Shown: positions 1 through 12,560 of the stretch, one piece after another
How the letters are laid out: each line of letters starts with the position of its first letter
Numbering within the stretch: position 1 is the first letter of the stretch
NCBI RefSeq assembly: GCF_009914755.1
Contig: NC_060928.1
DNA length: 64,000 nt
Source: the human T2T-CHM13v2.0 reference genome, Homo sapiens
Strand: one strand, 5' to 3'
Program-made: the position numbers and the translations under genes
The notes under the pieces: generated by a model
Told to the model about the DNA's origin: nothing
The model's input: the letters and a program-made list of their open reading frames with translations, nothing else
Databases searched by the model: none

Positions 1-2439
1 TCACTGATTCCAACATGTCTTCTAATTTCAAAGATGTTTAAATGTAGAAATGCCTAGTCATTCATGTCCTAGTTAAATTGGCACGGCTTTTCTTGCCTTA
101 GTGGTATATAAGCTAATTATGCATCTTAAAATTGGTTTTGTTTTAGATTTGATTAAATATGATAAGTAAAATAATTTAGTATGTTAGATAGTGATACATG
201 TTTGAAAAAAAAGCAGACAAAAAGAGGGATAGGAGTAGACAGGAAGGGGGACAGGTTGTGAGGAAGTGGTTTGCAATTTTAAATAAGATGGATGAAGAAG
301 GCTTCACTAAGGTAACCATGAAGTGAAGACATGAAGGATGTGAAGTAGCAAACCTGTGGATATCTGAGGGGAAGAATATCAGTACTATTTTATAGTTCAC
401 TAATTTTCTCTTCAAAGGTGCTCATCTGTAGAGCTTACTTAGTTACTGAGTTTCTTTATTTCAATGACTATTTTTTTCTAATTGAGTTTTTTGTGTCTGT
501 CTGTTCTTATTTAATACCTGCCTGTTTTTGTTTTTTAATTCTTTTCCTGCATGTGTGTGTATATTAAGCACATTTACATACAATATAAGGATTTGGACAA
601 AATGGTTTCTGTGCCCCTGTTATAAAATTATAAGGTAACATATAAACTGAGCTATTCATATTGAGTTCTCAGCTGCATTTGTACTAACTTCACTCTCTGT
701 AACACAAACTCTGGGGACTTTGATTTTCTCCACCGTATCCCCCTTTTCACTTCATTGTTTAAAAAGGTCTTCCTCTTCTAGCGTTTCTTCTTTCTTTTTG
801 TGCTCTTAAACATAATTGAATCAATTTATCTGTAACTTTTACTTCCAGTTTCATACTATTCATTCCCTCTTTGACTTTCGAGATTTGTGAAGGTGCTTTG
901 TACGTTTGAGAAAACTCTTATGTAAATGTTTTTCCTGTTGTGTGACCTCTACCCCCATTGCTTTTAATTTTGATGATCCCCTTGCTGTGTTTGATAATCT
1001 GTATTTTTATTCTCATCTCCTTGATATCTTTCTATTCATTGTTCTTGAAATTTTTGTCTCTGACACCATACTGTTAGGAATTTCTTTCTGTATCTATTCT
1101 TTTTATTTTCTTCCTTCCCATTATTATCATCACTTTATCAGTTCTGATCTGTATGTAGTTGACTTCCAAGTCTTTATGTGAAGTTCTCATTGTTCATTTA
1201 TTTTTAAGAAACTGTTATCTTGTTCATCTCCTCATAATGTAACTCCTTCTGTGCCGTATTTAGCAGCAGCACACTTTTGTCAGTGTGACTGTAACAGCAC
1301 TAAAGTGTCTTTCTCTTTGGGATGAATGTATTATAACTTCTATTTCCTCCTAGTAAAACACATTCAGAGAATTACAGATTTTACAGCTGGAAGTGAAATT
1401 AGAAATTAGTTGGTCCATCACTTTCATTGCATAGGGTAATAGCAGATTTTCTTTACATGACATAAACTATTTAATACTCACCACAGTCTTTTGAAATAGG
1501 TACTGTTATTGGCCCCATCTCATAGTTGAGGAAACTGAGAGGTTAGATAATTTACCCAAGCTCGTTCAGGTAATAAACAGTGAATCCAGTATTTGAACTT
1601 AAATCTGGCTCCCAGTTATGATATAGTCACCAATGAAGAAACAAACCAGGGTAGTCAAGTTTCTCACTTAGGGTCACTCTCTTAGAGGCAGAACTTATCT
1701 TCATGGCCTGATGTTGGTGTTTATTTTTTCTCTTTTTTTACTTAAATTGACAGTAATTCTAGATATCTGGTCACAAACCTATAAGCAATTTTCAAATCCA
1801 TCCTTTCATTCCCTTTGATTAACATAATTAATAAGTCCTTTGGATTATTTCTTTAGGACATTTCTTAAAATGATGCTTATTCTATCCCCACTACCTTGAA
1901 GAAATCAGGCTTTCCTCGTTGCACAGTTTTTTAGTTGGTCTTTTTGCTAGCAGTGACTTACTTTTCTTATGTCAATCATGTGGACTCCTGATTTTTCTCT
2001 TCTAATTAAGACATTGTAGTGACTTCCACTACCTACTAAGTCGAATTCATATTCCACTTCTTGGCATTCAGTGCTCTTAATTTTCCAGCCTCTTCAAAAA
2101 CAGTTATAGTACCCAATTTAGGAATTTTTTTTCAAGATGTATTTGGGAATTAATTTTTACTTATTTTTTTCTACGGGGAGTTGTGACTCAGTTTTTGTAT
2201 TACATTTCCAGTGTAGCCTGCGTGATCCTATGTACCCATAATCTACCTGAAGTAATTACTCTTATACAGAAAATGTAACTGAAAGGGATAGTGATATTTG
2301 CTTTTACCATCCACCTCCCACTTTATACCTCCCCATGCACTATACTTTCCCAAACATAGCAGTGATCATGTTTATAGTCATTTTCTATAATCCATAGAAA
2401 TGCAAATGCAAATGTAGATACCGTACCAGGACCAAACAG

Positions 2440-2690
2440 GTAACATTAAAATATGAAATAGGCCAGGTATAAGTGAAATGATAGGGAATGGGATACATAA
2501 GTACCTTCTAAAAGAGAAAACTGATCATCAAGTCCAGTTGTCTGTTAATACAAGGAAATTGGAATCCAGTCTTGTTTTATCTGATTTTTCAAAAGAAGCC
2601 TGAAATCCAGTTTTCTGTGTGAAATTTCTCAATGTTTAAAACATTGGAACAAATAAAAGGGAAGGCTGCCTATAGCCCACAAGCTGCCAT
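2440..2690. mobile_element. Degenerate hAT-Charlie fossil (MER113-like)
   Basis: tctgatttttcaaaagaagcctgaaatccagttttctgtgtgaaatttctcaatgtttaaa resembles the recalled MER113 core. Confidence 0.45.
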
Positions 2691-3380
2691 GTAAAAATGG
2701 AAATTGCTGTTATTCTCCATAAATTACGATTAAACCAATCTTGGTGTCTTTCATAATTTTTGCCAGTTTTACTGTTATGGTTTTAAAGTTGCATGTACTT
2801 TTCTTTAGCTATATAAAGAAATGCTTTATTTAACAAATTTGAGTTCCTACTCAGTGCCAGGCACTAAGTGCTGGGAATCCAAAGATATATGAGAGATTAC
2901 TGCTCTCAAGCTCACAGTCTAATGGAGACAGGTCGTGGAGTACATAAATGACAAGTATATAGTTAAATGTTATTTAAATAGTAAGATATTAAATCAGTAT
3001 ACCAGAGTTAAAAGAAAGTGTCCTTGGAATTCAAATTGATAATCACTGATACATGGTGGATAAGATTCCTATAGTTAACCATAAAAATAGCTTATCTTGC
3101 AGTGCCTGCCTGTACTGGAGAAGAACCTCAGACATGTGCAAGTCCAATCAAATTGAAACGGAACTGAAATATAATTAAAGTGTGGCAAAAAACATTGTAT
3201 TCTATGCTGGCAGAGCTTAGTTTAAATGCCAGTACTATTATTTGATAACTGTGTAATTGTTGACAAATTTCCTAACTTTTCTTTCCTTTTTAAGGACAGA
3301 AACCATATCTTACTGTTATATTCTCAGCACCAAACACAGTACCTGCTATATAATACACAAATATTTATTTCATGAATGCT

Positions 3381-3969
3381 TTCTTAGTCTGTTTGGGCTA
3401 CTGTAACAAAATACAGATTTTAGATTGGGTTATTTATGAACAACAGAAATTTATTTCCCACAGTTCTGGAGGCTGGGAAATCCAAGGTCACCATGCCTAG
3501 CTAATTTTTGTATTTTTAGTAGAGATGGGGTTTCACCATGTTGGCCAGGCTGGTCTCGAACTTCTGACCTCAGGTGATCCAGCCGCCTTGGCCTCCCAGA
3601 GTGCTGAGATTACAGGTGTGAGCCACTGTGCCCGGCCTTCAGTTGCTTTCTGAAAGAGTTGTACCAATCTTCATTGTGGTAGAGATCTAACTTTAGGGAG
3701 TGTCTCTATCAGATCCCATATTACTTTTTTTTTTTTTTTTTTTTTTTCATTAAATTGGTCAAGCAGATTTGGTGTCTGGTGAGGGCCTGTTCCTTTAGAT
3801 GGAGCTTTCTGTGTGTCCTCACATGGCAGAAAGAGCAGGGGTGCCCCCTTCAGCCTCTAATCCCACTCACTAGTCACCTGACAAAGGCCCCACCTCTTAA
3901 TGCCAACACACTGGGGATTAGATTTTAACATACGAATTTTGGAGGGACACAAACATTCAGACCACAGCA
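3381..3969 (-). mobile_element. MaLR solo LTR (MLT1A-like), interrupted by a templated insertion at 3491-3758
   Basis: ttagtctgtttgggctactgtaacaaaatac...cagttctggaggctgggaaatccaaggtca / agcagatttggtgtctggtgagggc...acaaacattcagaccacagca. Confidence 0.8.
3491..3758 (+). repeat. Local duplicate of 5837-6096 (partial antisense Alu + ~120 nt unique flank)
   Basis: Direct alignment, ~19 mismatches by hand outside the T run; includes non-Alu sequence gaaagagttgtaYcaatcttcattgtggtagagatctaactttagggagtgtctct. Confidence 0.95.
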
Positions 3970-4979
3970 CCTTCTGATTTGTGTAACATCTGATATGAAG
4001 TTTATTTATAGGTGGTCAGGAGATTGGCATACATGAAATAAGGTAAAGAATGGAAGCTTTTGAGATGGAAAGGCAGAAATGGAAAGGATGAGAAAAAGGC
4101 TGACTGAGTAATGAAGGATAATGAAAAGCCATGGCCAAGTGGAATTTTCTACTCTCTGCTCTCGTCCTCTCTCAGTACTCTCTTTAGACTGGCCTTGAGA
4201 CCTGTATTCTGGTGAGCTCTGTCTGGTTCTGCTCTGACAGTGTGACTTCCCATGATGCAAAGAATCCACAGAGCCAAGATGTGCTCACACATACCCTGCC
4301 TTTAGATTACATCTTTTTTATGTCCATATTTACATATATATTCACATGATTTTCTTTTAAACTAAAATTGTTTTTTAAAAAAACTGCAGTGGTTTTTTTT
4401 TTCCTTGTTAATTCAACAATTTCTCAGCTCTTTCCATTTTAGATTCCTCATGGATAGATTCATGTACATCTATCTTATTATTTAAAACTCTATATACTGT
4501 TGCATAGTATCAGTACCATAGTAGCCATTTCCTTATTGACAATCATTTAGGTTGTTTGCAGTTCTTCTATACCATAAACAGTGCTACAGTGAATACCCTC
4601 TGTACACATATGCAAGTGTGTCTCTGCTTTGCTACTCTGTATAAGTAGAATGGCCACAAAATTTTATGAGAATCACCCCAACAATAGTTGGAAGACGTGG
4701 AATAGCTGTCAAGGACTATGTTAATCACTTGTAACCATCATTGTTGGAAAAGGCCAGAAAAACAAGAATGGAAATAAAGTTTGTGTAGAGAATGGAGGGA
4801 ACATACACATAACTTGTAGTTAACATGCATTTGGACTTTGGGACCACTCTTAATATCCGAATGGACATTTTAATTTTAAAAGCAAAAACCTTAATAAAAA
4901 ACATTCCAGTGTTAATGTAGATAGTTATATAACACAACTGTTGTGAAAATAACCATATAAATGAAGATGTCAGTCCTTT

Positions 4980-5276
4980 GGCCAGGCACAGTGCCTCACA
5001 CCTGTAATCCTAACACTTTAGGAGGCCGAGGTGGGCAAATCACTTGAGGCCAGGATTTCAAGACCAGCTCAGGCAACCCCCTTGGTGAAACCCCATCTCA
5101 GAAAATACAGAAATTAGCCAGTTGTGGTGATGCACAGCTGTGTAGTCCTAGCTACTCAGATGGCTGAGGAGAGAGGGTCGCTTGAGCCTAGGAGGCGAAC
5201 TTTGCAGTGACCTGAAGTAATGCTGCTGCACTCCGGTCTGGGTGACAGAGCGAGACTGTGTCTCAAAAAGAAAAAA
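4980..5276 (+). mobile_element. Alu (AluJ-like)
   Basis: Dimeric Alu with A tail; TSD AAGATGTCAGTCCTTT on both sides. Confidence 0.92.
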
Positions 5277-5654
5277 GATGTCAGTCCTTTTAACATAGTA
5301 GTTGTTGTTTTAGTAATGTATTTATGTCCTTAGTGTTTATATTTACATTTTGTATAATCAAGGTATTTATTTATTGCCACATGTATTAACATTTGGTGGA
5401 AGAGAGGCATTCACAATGTTTCCAGTGTTATAGATTAATTCATTTAATCTTCACAACAGTGCTATAAAATAAGCATGTTTATCTGTAATTTACAGGTGAG
5501 GAAACAGAGAGGTTAAATAATCTATGTAGGTATTTAGGGTCCCCTAGCTAATAAATGGTGAATTGAGCTTTTTAAACCAGTCACTCTGGCTTCAAAAACT
5601 CATTTTTCCCCTTTCTATTTTCTTAGTATATAATCCCAAAAATAGGACTACTAG

Positions 5655-5983
<329 letters not shown>

Positions 5984-6395
5984 TTCAGCTGCTTTCTGAA
6001 AGAGTTGTATCAATCTTCATTGTGGTAGAGATCTAACTTTAGGGAGTGTCTCTGTCCAATCCTATATTACTTTTTTTTTTTTTTTCACTAAATTGGGTAA
6101 TTTAATGAGTTTTCTTTCAAGAAAAGCACTCATTAGTGCAAAATGAAGCCATTACAATATTTACAGACTTAGTGCTTTTTTATATATTTGAAGTTTCTTT
6201 TTGTTCTCTTTGTATAGTCGGATTTGAAAAAGATACCTCTTTCACAGTTCAAAATACAGTCTTTTTAAACAGTACATTTCATATTAGACTGTACTCACCA
6301 GGAAGGAGGAATCTTGGATCATATTCATATGTCTTAGTTCAGATTACATTTCAGCTGCTCTTTTTAGAGTAAATTTGCCTAATAAATTCTTGATA

Positions 6396-6601
6396 CAGGT
6401 TGAGCATCCCAAATTTGAAATGTTTGAAAATCCAGTACTTTTTGAGTGCTGACATGATGCTCAAAGGAAATGCTCATTGGGACATTTCAGATTTCAAATT
6501 TTTGGATTTGAAATGCCCAGCCAGTAAATATGTAATGCAAATAATTGAAAATCCAAAGCACTTCTGGTTCCAGACATTTCAAATAAGGAATACTCAACCT
6601 G
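6396..6601. mobile_element. Tigger4a/MER46-like Tc1-mariner MITE
   Basis: Terminal inverted repeats CAGGTTGAGCATCCC ... GGAATACTCAACCTG, preceded by TA. Confidence 0.8.
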
Positions 6602-6891
6602 TGCCACTATATAGCATAAATTTTAAGTTTTGCGTTTATGCAAAATAATTTATCAGAAATTCTTTTTATGGAAATATGTTGGATATGAGAAACTGTCAGT
6701 TTACAAGATTGGAAATTCCATGAGAACAAGCACCTGTTACATTCACTTCTACATCTTGGTCAGTGCTTTTCACCAGCAAATTCAGTAAATGTTTATTCAC
6801 AAAGTGAGTGATTATCTACTGTAACTCTTGTTATCACTAACTAAATGAAAATATTTTCAATAATGATTGTTTCATTTTCCTTCAATTTCAG

Positions 6892-7021
6892 AATGATTGA
6901 CTGGCTATCCTGGCCATTGGCTCAGCATGTGGATACATGGGTAATTGCACTCCTGAAAGGACTGGCAGCTGTCCAGAAGTTTACTATTTTGATAGATGTT
7001 ACTTTGCTGAAAATAGAACTG
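6892..7021 (+). CDS. USP38: USP38 internal coding exon (probably exon 3), N-terminal helical region
   Basis: ttcaatttcag acceptor, CTG|gtaagt donor; 130 nt encoding (R)MIDWLSWPLAQHVDTWVIALLKGLAAVQKFTILIDVTLLKIEL; in phase with the next exon. Confidence 0.95.
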
Positions 7022-7199
7022 GTAAGTGGGAGTATGGAAATCTATTAGAATATATAGACTCATAAAATCAATATTTTTTTCTTTGGGTGGTATCCTTGAA
7101 AGCATCTAATTTTGAATATGTTATTGTTGTTTTGTTTTGAATAACAGTTTGAATAGGCTTTAGAAATTTTTTTAAATGTCATTTAAATATAAGTAATTA

Positions 7200-7489
7200 G
7201 GTTGGGCATGGTTGCTCACAACTGTAATCCCAGCACTTTGGGAGGCTGAGGCGGGCAGATCACTTGAGGCCAGGAGTTCAAGACCAGCCTGGCCAACATG
7301 GCAAAACTCCGTCTCTACTAAAAATACAAAAATTAGGTTGGCATAATGGTTCATGCCTGTAGTCCCAGCTGCTCAGGAGGCTGAGGCACGAGAATGACTT
7401 GAATCTGAGAGGCAGAGGTTGCAGTGAGCCAAGATAGCACCACTGCACTCCAGTCTGGATGACAGAGCAAGACTGCGTCTCAAAAAAAA
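7200..7489 (+). mobile_element. Alu (old S/J type)
   Basis: Full Alu; TSD TATAAGTAATTA. Confidence 0.93.
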
Positions 7490-7574
7490 GTATAAGTAAT
7501 TAAAATAATTTTTTCATTTTCAAATATCCAATATGAAAACATTCTTTCCATTATCTCTTGAGTCCAGCTAATCA

Positions 7575-8720
7575 AGCTTTTACCACCATTACTCTACCAA
7601 AATTACCAGTGGTTTCCAGTGTTGCTAAACTCAAGAGTCATTTCTCAGGCCTCGTCTCATTTGACCTGTCAGCAATATTTGGCACAGTCGATCACTCCCT
7701 CTTGTTTCCAGGACATTATACTCTCCTGATTTTTGTCCTCCTTCACAGGCTTATCAGTCTCCTGTACTTACTCTAACTTTTAGAATGCCTTACAGTTCAG
7801 TCTTTGGTCCATTTTCTTCTCAGTGCATACTCACAGCATAGGTGTTCCATGGCTTTAAACAACATCTCTAATTTGATGACTGCCAGATTTATATTTTTAG
7901 TCCATTTTTCTCCCTTGAACTCCATATTCATGTATCCATCTGTCTTTACATGAATCTCAGATTCACTTTATCTACAATCTTATTCCTGACTTTTCCCTCC
8001 CAGACCTAGAGGCTACTCTATCCTTTCACTTGCTCAAGCCAAAAACCTTGAAGCTATTCTTATCTTTTTTTCATTCCCTCTCAGCCCATATCCTACAAAT
8101 TCTACTGATACCACCTTTAGAATATATCCAGAATCCTACCACCCTGGTCCTACATTATCATCCCTTGCTGCAAGATTGCAGCAGCCTTCCTGCTCCTGTC
8201 CTTGGTCCCCTGTACTTATCACACAAGGTCCTATGTATTCTGGCCCACTTTTTCTCTAGTCCCATTTCCCACTGTTACTGCCTCGGTCTCTTGCTTCACT
8301 TACACTGCCCTTTTTTCTTCATCTGTAGCACACCAGCCTGAAGGCCTCAAGGCCTTTGCAATGCCGTTTGCCCTGCCTATAATGCTCTTGTCCCAGGTAT
8401 TTGCAAGGCTTATTCAATTCCTTCAGTTTTACAGTTGGATATCACTTCTTTCATGAGGCATTTATTGAACGCTATATAAAACAGCAGATTTTTTTGCTAC
8501 ACAGCATTCCCTATTCATCATACCCTGCTTTAAATTTCTTAATAACACTAACCACCATGTGTTACTTTTTATTGTTTCTACCTGCCCTCTAGATGGTAAA
8601 CCCTGTAAGAGAGAGATGGTTTTTTGTTTTTTTAATCCACTGTTGTAGCACTAGTTCCTAGAACTAGGACAAGTAATAGTATGTGCTTAACAAATATTTG
8701 TTGAGTGAACTGAATGAATA
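7575..8720 (+). mobile_element. LINE-2 3' fragment
   Basis: ttgacctgtcagcaatatttggcacagtcgatcactccctc core and 3' end caaatatttgttgagtgaactgaatgaat. Confidence 0.75.
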
Positions 8721-8998
8721 GTGGACTAGGGAGCTATTGCCTTGTAAACATAGTTTGACAAATTTTTATTTAATTGGGGAGTTTTAACAGTTGGTTAGGC
8801 CAGTTACATTACCCTTGATCTCTGTCACGTTATTTCCTAACTTCATCCTTCTCCCAAAGTTTAATAATATAAGTTATGTTAGAACTTTCCAGAAGGGGGA
8901 CATTCATATAAATAAATTCTAGCTCTAGGAAAATAACCACTGTTGGATTAATGATTTTCCTGCAAATTCTTAAGAAGGTGTCTTGTCTTATTTTGAAG

Positions 8999-9100
8999 GT
9001 TTTTAATCGACTTTGGTTTCCTCTTGTGAGACCTGGTGCTCTTGCAGTTCTTTCTCACATGCTGCTTAGCTTTCAGCATTCTCCAGAGGCGTTCCATTTG
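8999..9100 (+). CDS. USP38: USP38 coding exon (probably exon 4)
   Basis: ttattttgaag acceptor, TTG|gtaagt donor; 102 nt, VFNRLWFPLVRPGALAVLSHMLLSFQHSPEAFHL. Confidence 0.95.
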
Positions 9101-10160
9101 GTAAGTTATGACATAAACGTTCTACTTTGAAAAAGCCTCAATTTGAAAATTTAGTTTAATATTGAGTCACATTTTTATGTAGTGAAAATATTGCAAGTTA
9201 GTCCCAAATCTGTTTTCATATAGCTTTATGATTTCCTAGAAAATTGAGATTGTGAGATTTCCCTCCTAGGAATATATTTTCGTGTCTCATTCAAACTACT
9301 CCACTTGCAACAACTACCAGCAGTTGAGAGTTACTGTTCACATGGGAGATGTCACTGATGGATGTCTGTTGCACAAATGAACAGTATAGAAGGATTAAAA
9401 TGATTGAAAACCACTGCTTTAGAATTTTGAAAGCATGAAAACACACCAGTCTTTGCAGGCTTTTCATTCACTCTCAGCCTACATCCTACAAATCCTGTTG
9501 ACCCCACCTTTAAAATACATCTAGAATCCTACCACGTTAAGCCAGCTGAATCATTGGCGTTTATTTGATTTCAATTATTTGATTATCAGTTACTGCAGAT
9601 GAGAAATGACAAATTGTAATTTTGGTCAGCTGTCCATTTACCACTCTAGGGCATCATAGGAAAACAGTGCCTTTGTGTGGTTACTTAATTCTTCCAAAGA
9701 CTAATCCTGTTTTATAGGACTAGAAACTCATTGTCAATAAACCCACAGTGGAAAAATCTTAGGAATACTGATTCACCATAACAAACTTTAGAGGAGACTA
9801 ATGAAGTTCAGAATTCCATTTGTTTTTATTTATCTAGAATATATTCACATAGGTTGCTCAGTGTCTCATTTCCACTGAAGGAAAGTCCACAGGCTTTGTA
9901 GTAAGTAAACCTTACTAGCAAGTAATTACATTACACATTACCACTTAGGATGAGTAATTTCTGCAGTTAATTGCCCTAATTTTGGTGAATTTAATCATCA
10001 AGCAGTAACCTTATATATATGTATAATACAAACAGAACTCAAACTCTAAGATAGCAGGTGTACTAGCAAAGTCTTCCAAGAAAAAAAACATCAATTACTT
10101 GTCCTTGTCTTCAGGCACAATCATGTGTAAGACATTTGAGAAAAGGCTTTGTTTTCCACA

Positions 10161-11298
10161 TTTTTTTTTTAACTTGTTAGATTCAGGGAAACATGAAAGT
10201 TTGTTACATAGGTAAACTCATGTCACGTGGGTTTGGTTTACAGATTATTGCATTACCCAGTTATTAAACCCAGTACCCAATAGTTATCTTTTCTGCTCCT
10301 CTACCTCCTCCCACTCTCCCCGCTCAAGTAGACCTCAGTGTCTATTGTCCCCTTTTTTGTGTTCATGAGTTCTCACCATTTAGCTCCCGCTTATAAGTGA
10401 AAACATGGGGTATTTGGTTTTCTGTTGCTGGGTTAGTTTGCTAAGGATAATAATAGCCTCGCCCTCCATCCGTGTTCCCGCAGAAGACATGATCTTATTA
10501 TTATGGCTGCATAGTATTCCATGGTGTATATGTACCACATTTTCTTTATCCAATCTGTCACTGATGGGCATTTAGATTGATTCCATTTCTTTGCTATTGT
10601 GAATAATGCTACAGTGAACATTCATGTGCATGTATCTTTATGGTAGAATGATTTATATTCCTCTTGGTGTATACCCCATAATAGGATTGCTGGGTCAAAT
10701 GCTAGTGCTGCTGTTAGCTCTTTGAAGAATCACCATACTGCTTTCCACAATGGTTGAACGAATTTATACTCCCACCAAGTGTATAAGTGTTCCCCTTTTT
10801 TTGAACCTCACCAGCATGTCTTCTTTTTTGACTTTTTAATGATAGCCATTCTGACTGGTATGAGATGGTAGTTCATTGTGGTTTTGATTTGCATTTCTCT
10901 GCTGATCAGTAATACTGAGCTTTTTTTCTTAAGCTTGTTGGCTGCATATATGTCTTCTTTTGAAAAGCGTCTGTTCATGTCCTTTGCCTGCTTTTTAATA
11001 GGGTTTTCTCTTGTAAATTTGTTTAAGTTCCTTATAGAGGCTGGATATTAGACCTTTGTCAGATGCATAGTTTATAAGTATTTTCTCCCATTCCGTAGGT
11101 TGTCTGTTTACTCTGTTGATAGTTTCTTTTGCTGTGCAGAAGCTCTTAAGTTTAATTAGATCCCGTTTGTCAATTTTTGCTTTTGTTGCAATTGCTTTTG
11201 GTGTCTTTGTCATGAAATCTTTGTGTCCAGGATGGTATTGCCTAGGTTGTCTTCCAGGGTTTTTAAAGTTTGGGGTTTTACATTTAAGTCTTATCCTT
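10161..11298 (-). mobile_element. L1 (older L1PA type): 3' segment with ORF2 end, 3' UTR and poly(A)
   Basis: Minus-strand ORF2 remnants ([33 protein letters not shown]; WIKKMWYIYTMEYYAA); T run at 10161-10170. Confidence 0.92.
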
Positions 11299-12560
11299 GA
11301 TGTAATGAACATCGATACAAAAATCCTCAACTTGCAAAGCAAATCCAGCAGCACTTCAAAAAGCTAATCCATCATGATCAAGTAGGCTTCATCTGTGGGA
11401 TGCAAGGTTAGTTTAGCATACACAAATAAATCACATAAACAGAAATAAAGACATAAACTACATGGTTATATCAATGGATGCAGAAAAAGCTTTCAATAAA
11501 TTCAACATCCCTTCATGTTAAATACTCTCAATAAACTAGGTATTAGAGGAACATGTCTGAAAATAATAAGAGGCATCTGTGACAAACCCACAACCAACAT
11601 TATACTCAATGGGCAAAAGCTAGAAGCATTCCCCTTGAAAACCAGCACAAGACAAGGATGTCCTCTCTCACCACTCCTAATCAATATAGTACTGGAAGTC
11701 CTAGCCAGAGCAGTCAGGCAAGAGAAGGCAATAGGTGACATCCATATAGGAAGAGAAGAAGTGAAACTATTTGTAGATTATATGTTTCTGTATCTAGAAA
11801 ACCCCATAGTCTCAGCGCAAAAGCTCCTTCAGCTGATAAACAACTTCAGCAAAGTCTCAGGATAAGAAGTTAATGTAAAAAAATCACTAGCATTCCTATA
11901 CACCAACAGCAGTCAAGCTAGGAGCCAAATCAGGAAGGCGATCCCATTCACAATTGCCACAAAAAGAATAAAATACCTAGGAATACAGCTAACCAGGGAG
12001 GTGAAAGATCTCTACAATGAGAAATACAAAACAGTGCTCAAAGAAATCAAGAAGACACAAACAAATGGAAAAACATCCCATGCTTATGGATAGGAAGAAT
12101 CAATATCATTAAAATGGCCGTACTGCCCAAAGCAATTTACAGATGCAGTGCTACTTCAATCAAACTACCAATGACATTCTTCACAGAACTAAAAAAACAC
12201 TATTTTAAAATTTGTGTGGAACCAAAGAAGAACCTGAATAGCCACAGCAGTCCTAAGCAAAAAGAACAAAGCTGGAGCCATCACATTACCCAGCTTCAAA
12301 TTATACTACAGGGCTACAGTAGTATATTAAAACAGCGTGGTACTGGTACAAAAACAGGCACATAGACTAATGGAACAGAATAGACAGCCCACAGACGAAG
12401 CTGCACACCTATGACCATCTGATCTTGACAAAGCTGTCAAAACAAGCAATGGGGAAAAGGCTCCCTCTTCAATAAATGGTGCTTTGACAACTGGCTAGCC
12501 ATATGAAGAAGATTGAAGCTGGACCCCTTCCTTACACCATATACAAAAATCAACTCAAGA
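11299..12560 (+). mobile_element. L1 ORF2 RT segment: the inverted 5' part of the same insertion
   Basis: Plus-strand ORF2 remnants ([43 protein letters not shown]), disrupted by stops and frameshifts; whole element bounded by TGTTTTCCA(C/A)ATTT. Confidence 0.92.

Noticed and set aside
10380-12365. ORFs with reverse-transcriptase-like sequence
   Set aside because: Decayed L1 ORF2 fragments with stops, frameshifts and a mutated FADD motif (FVDY); not an active element or a novel RT system.
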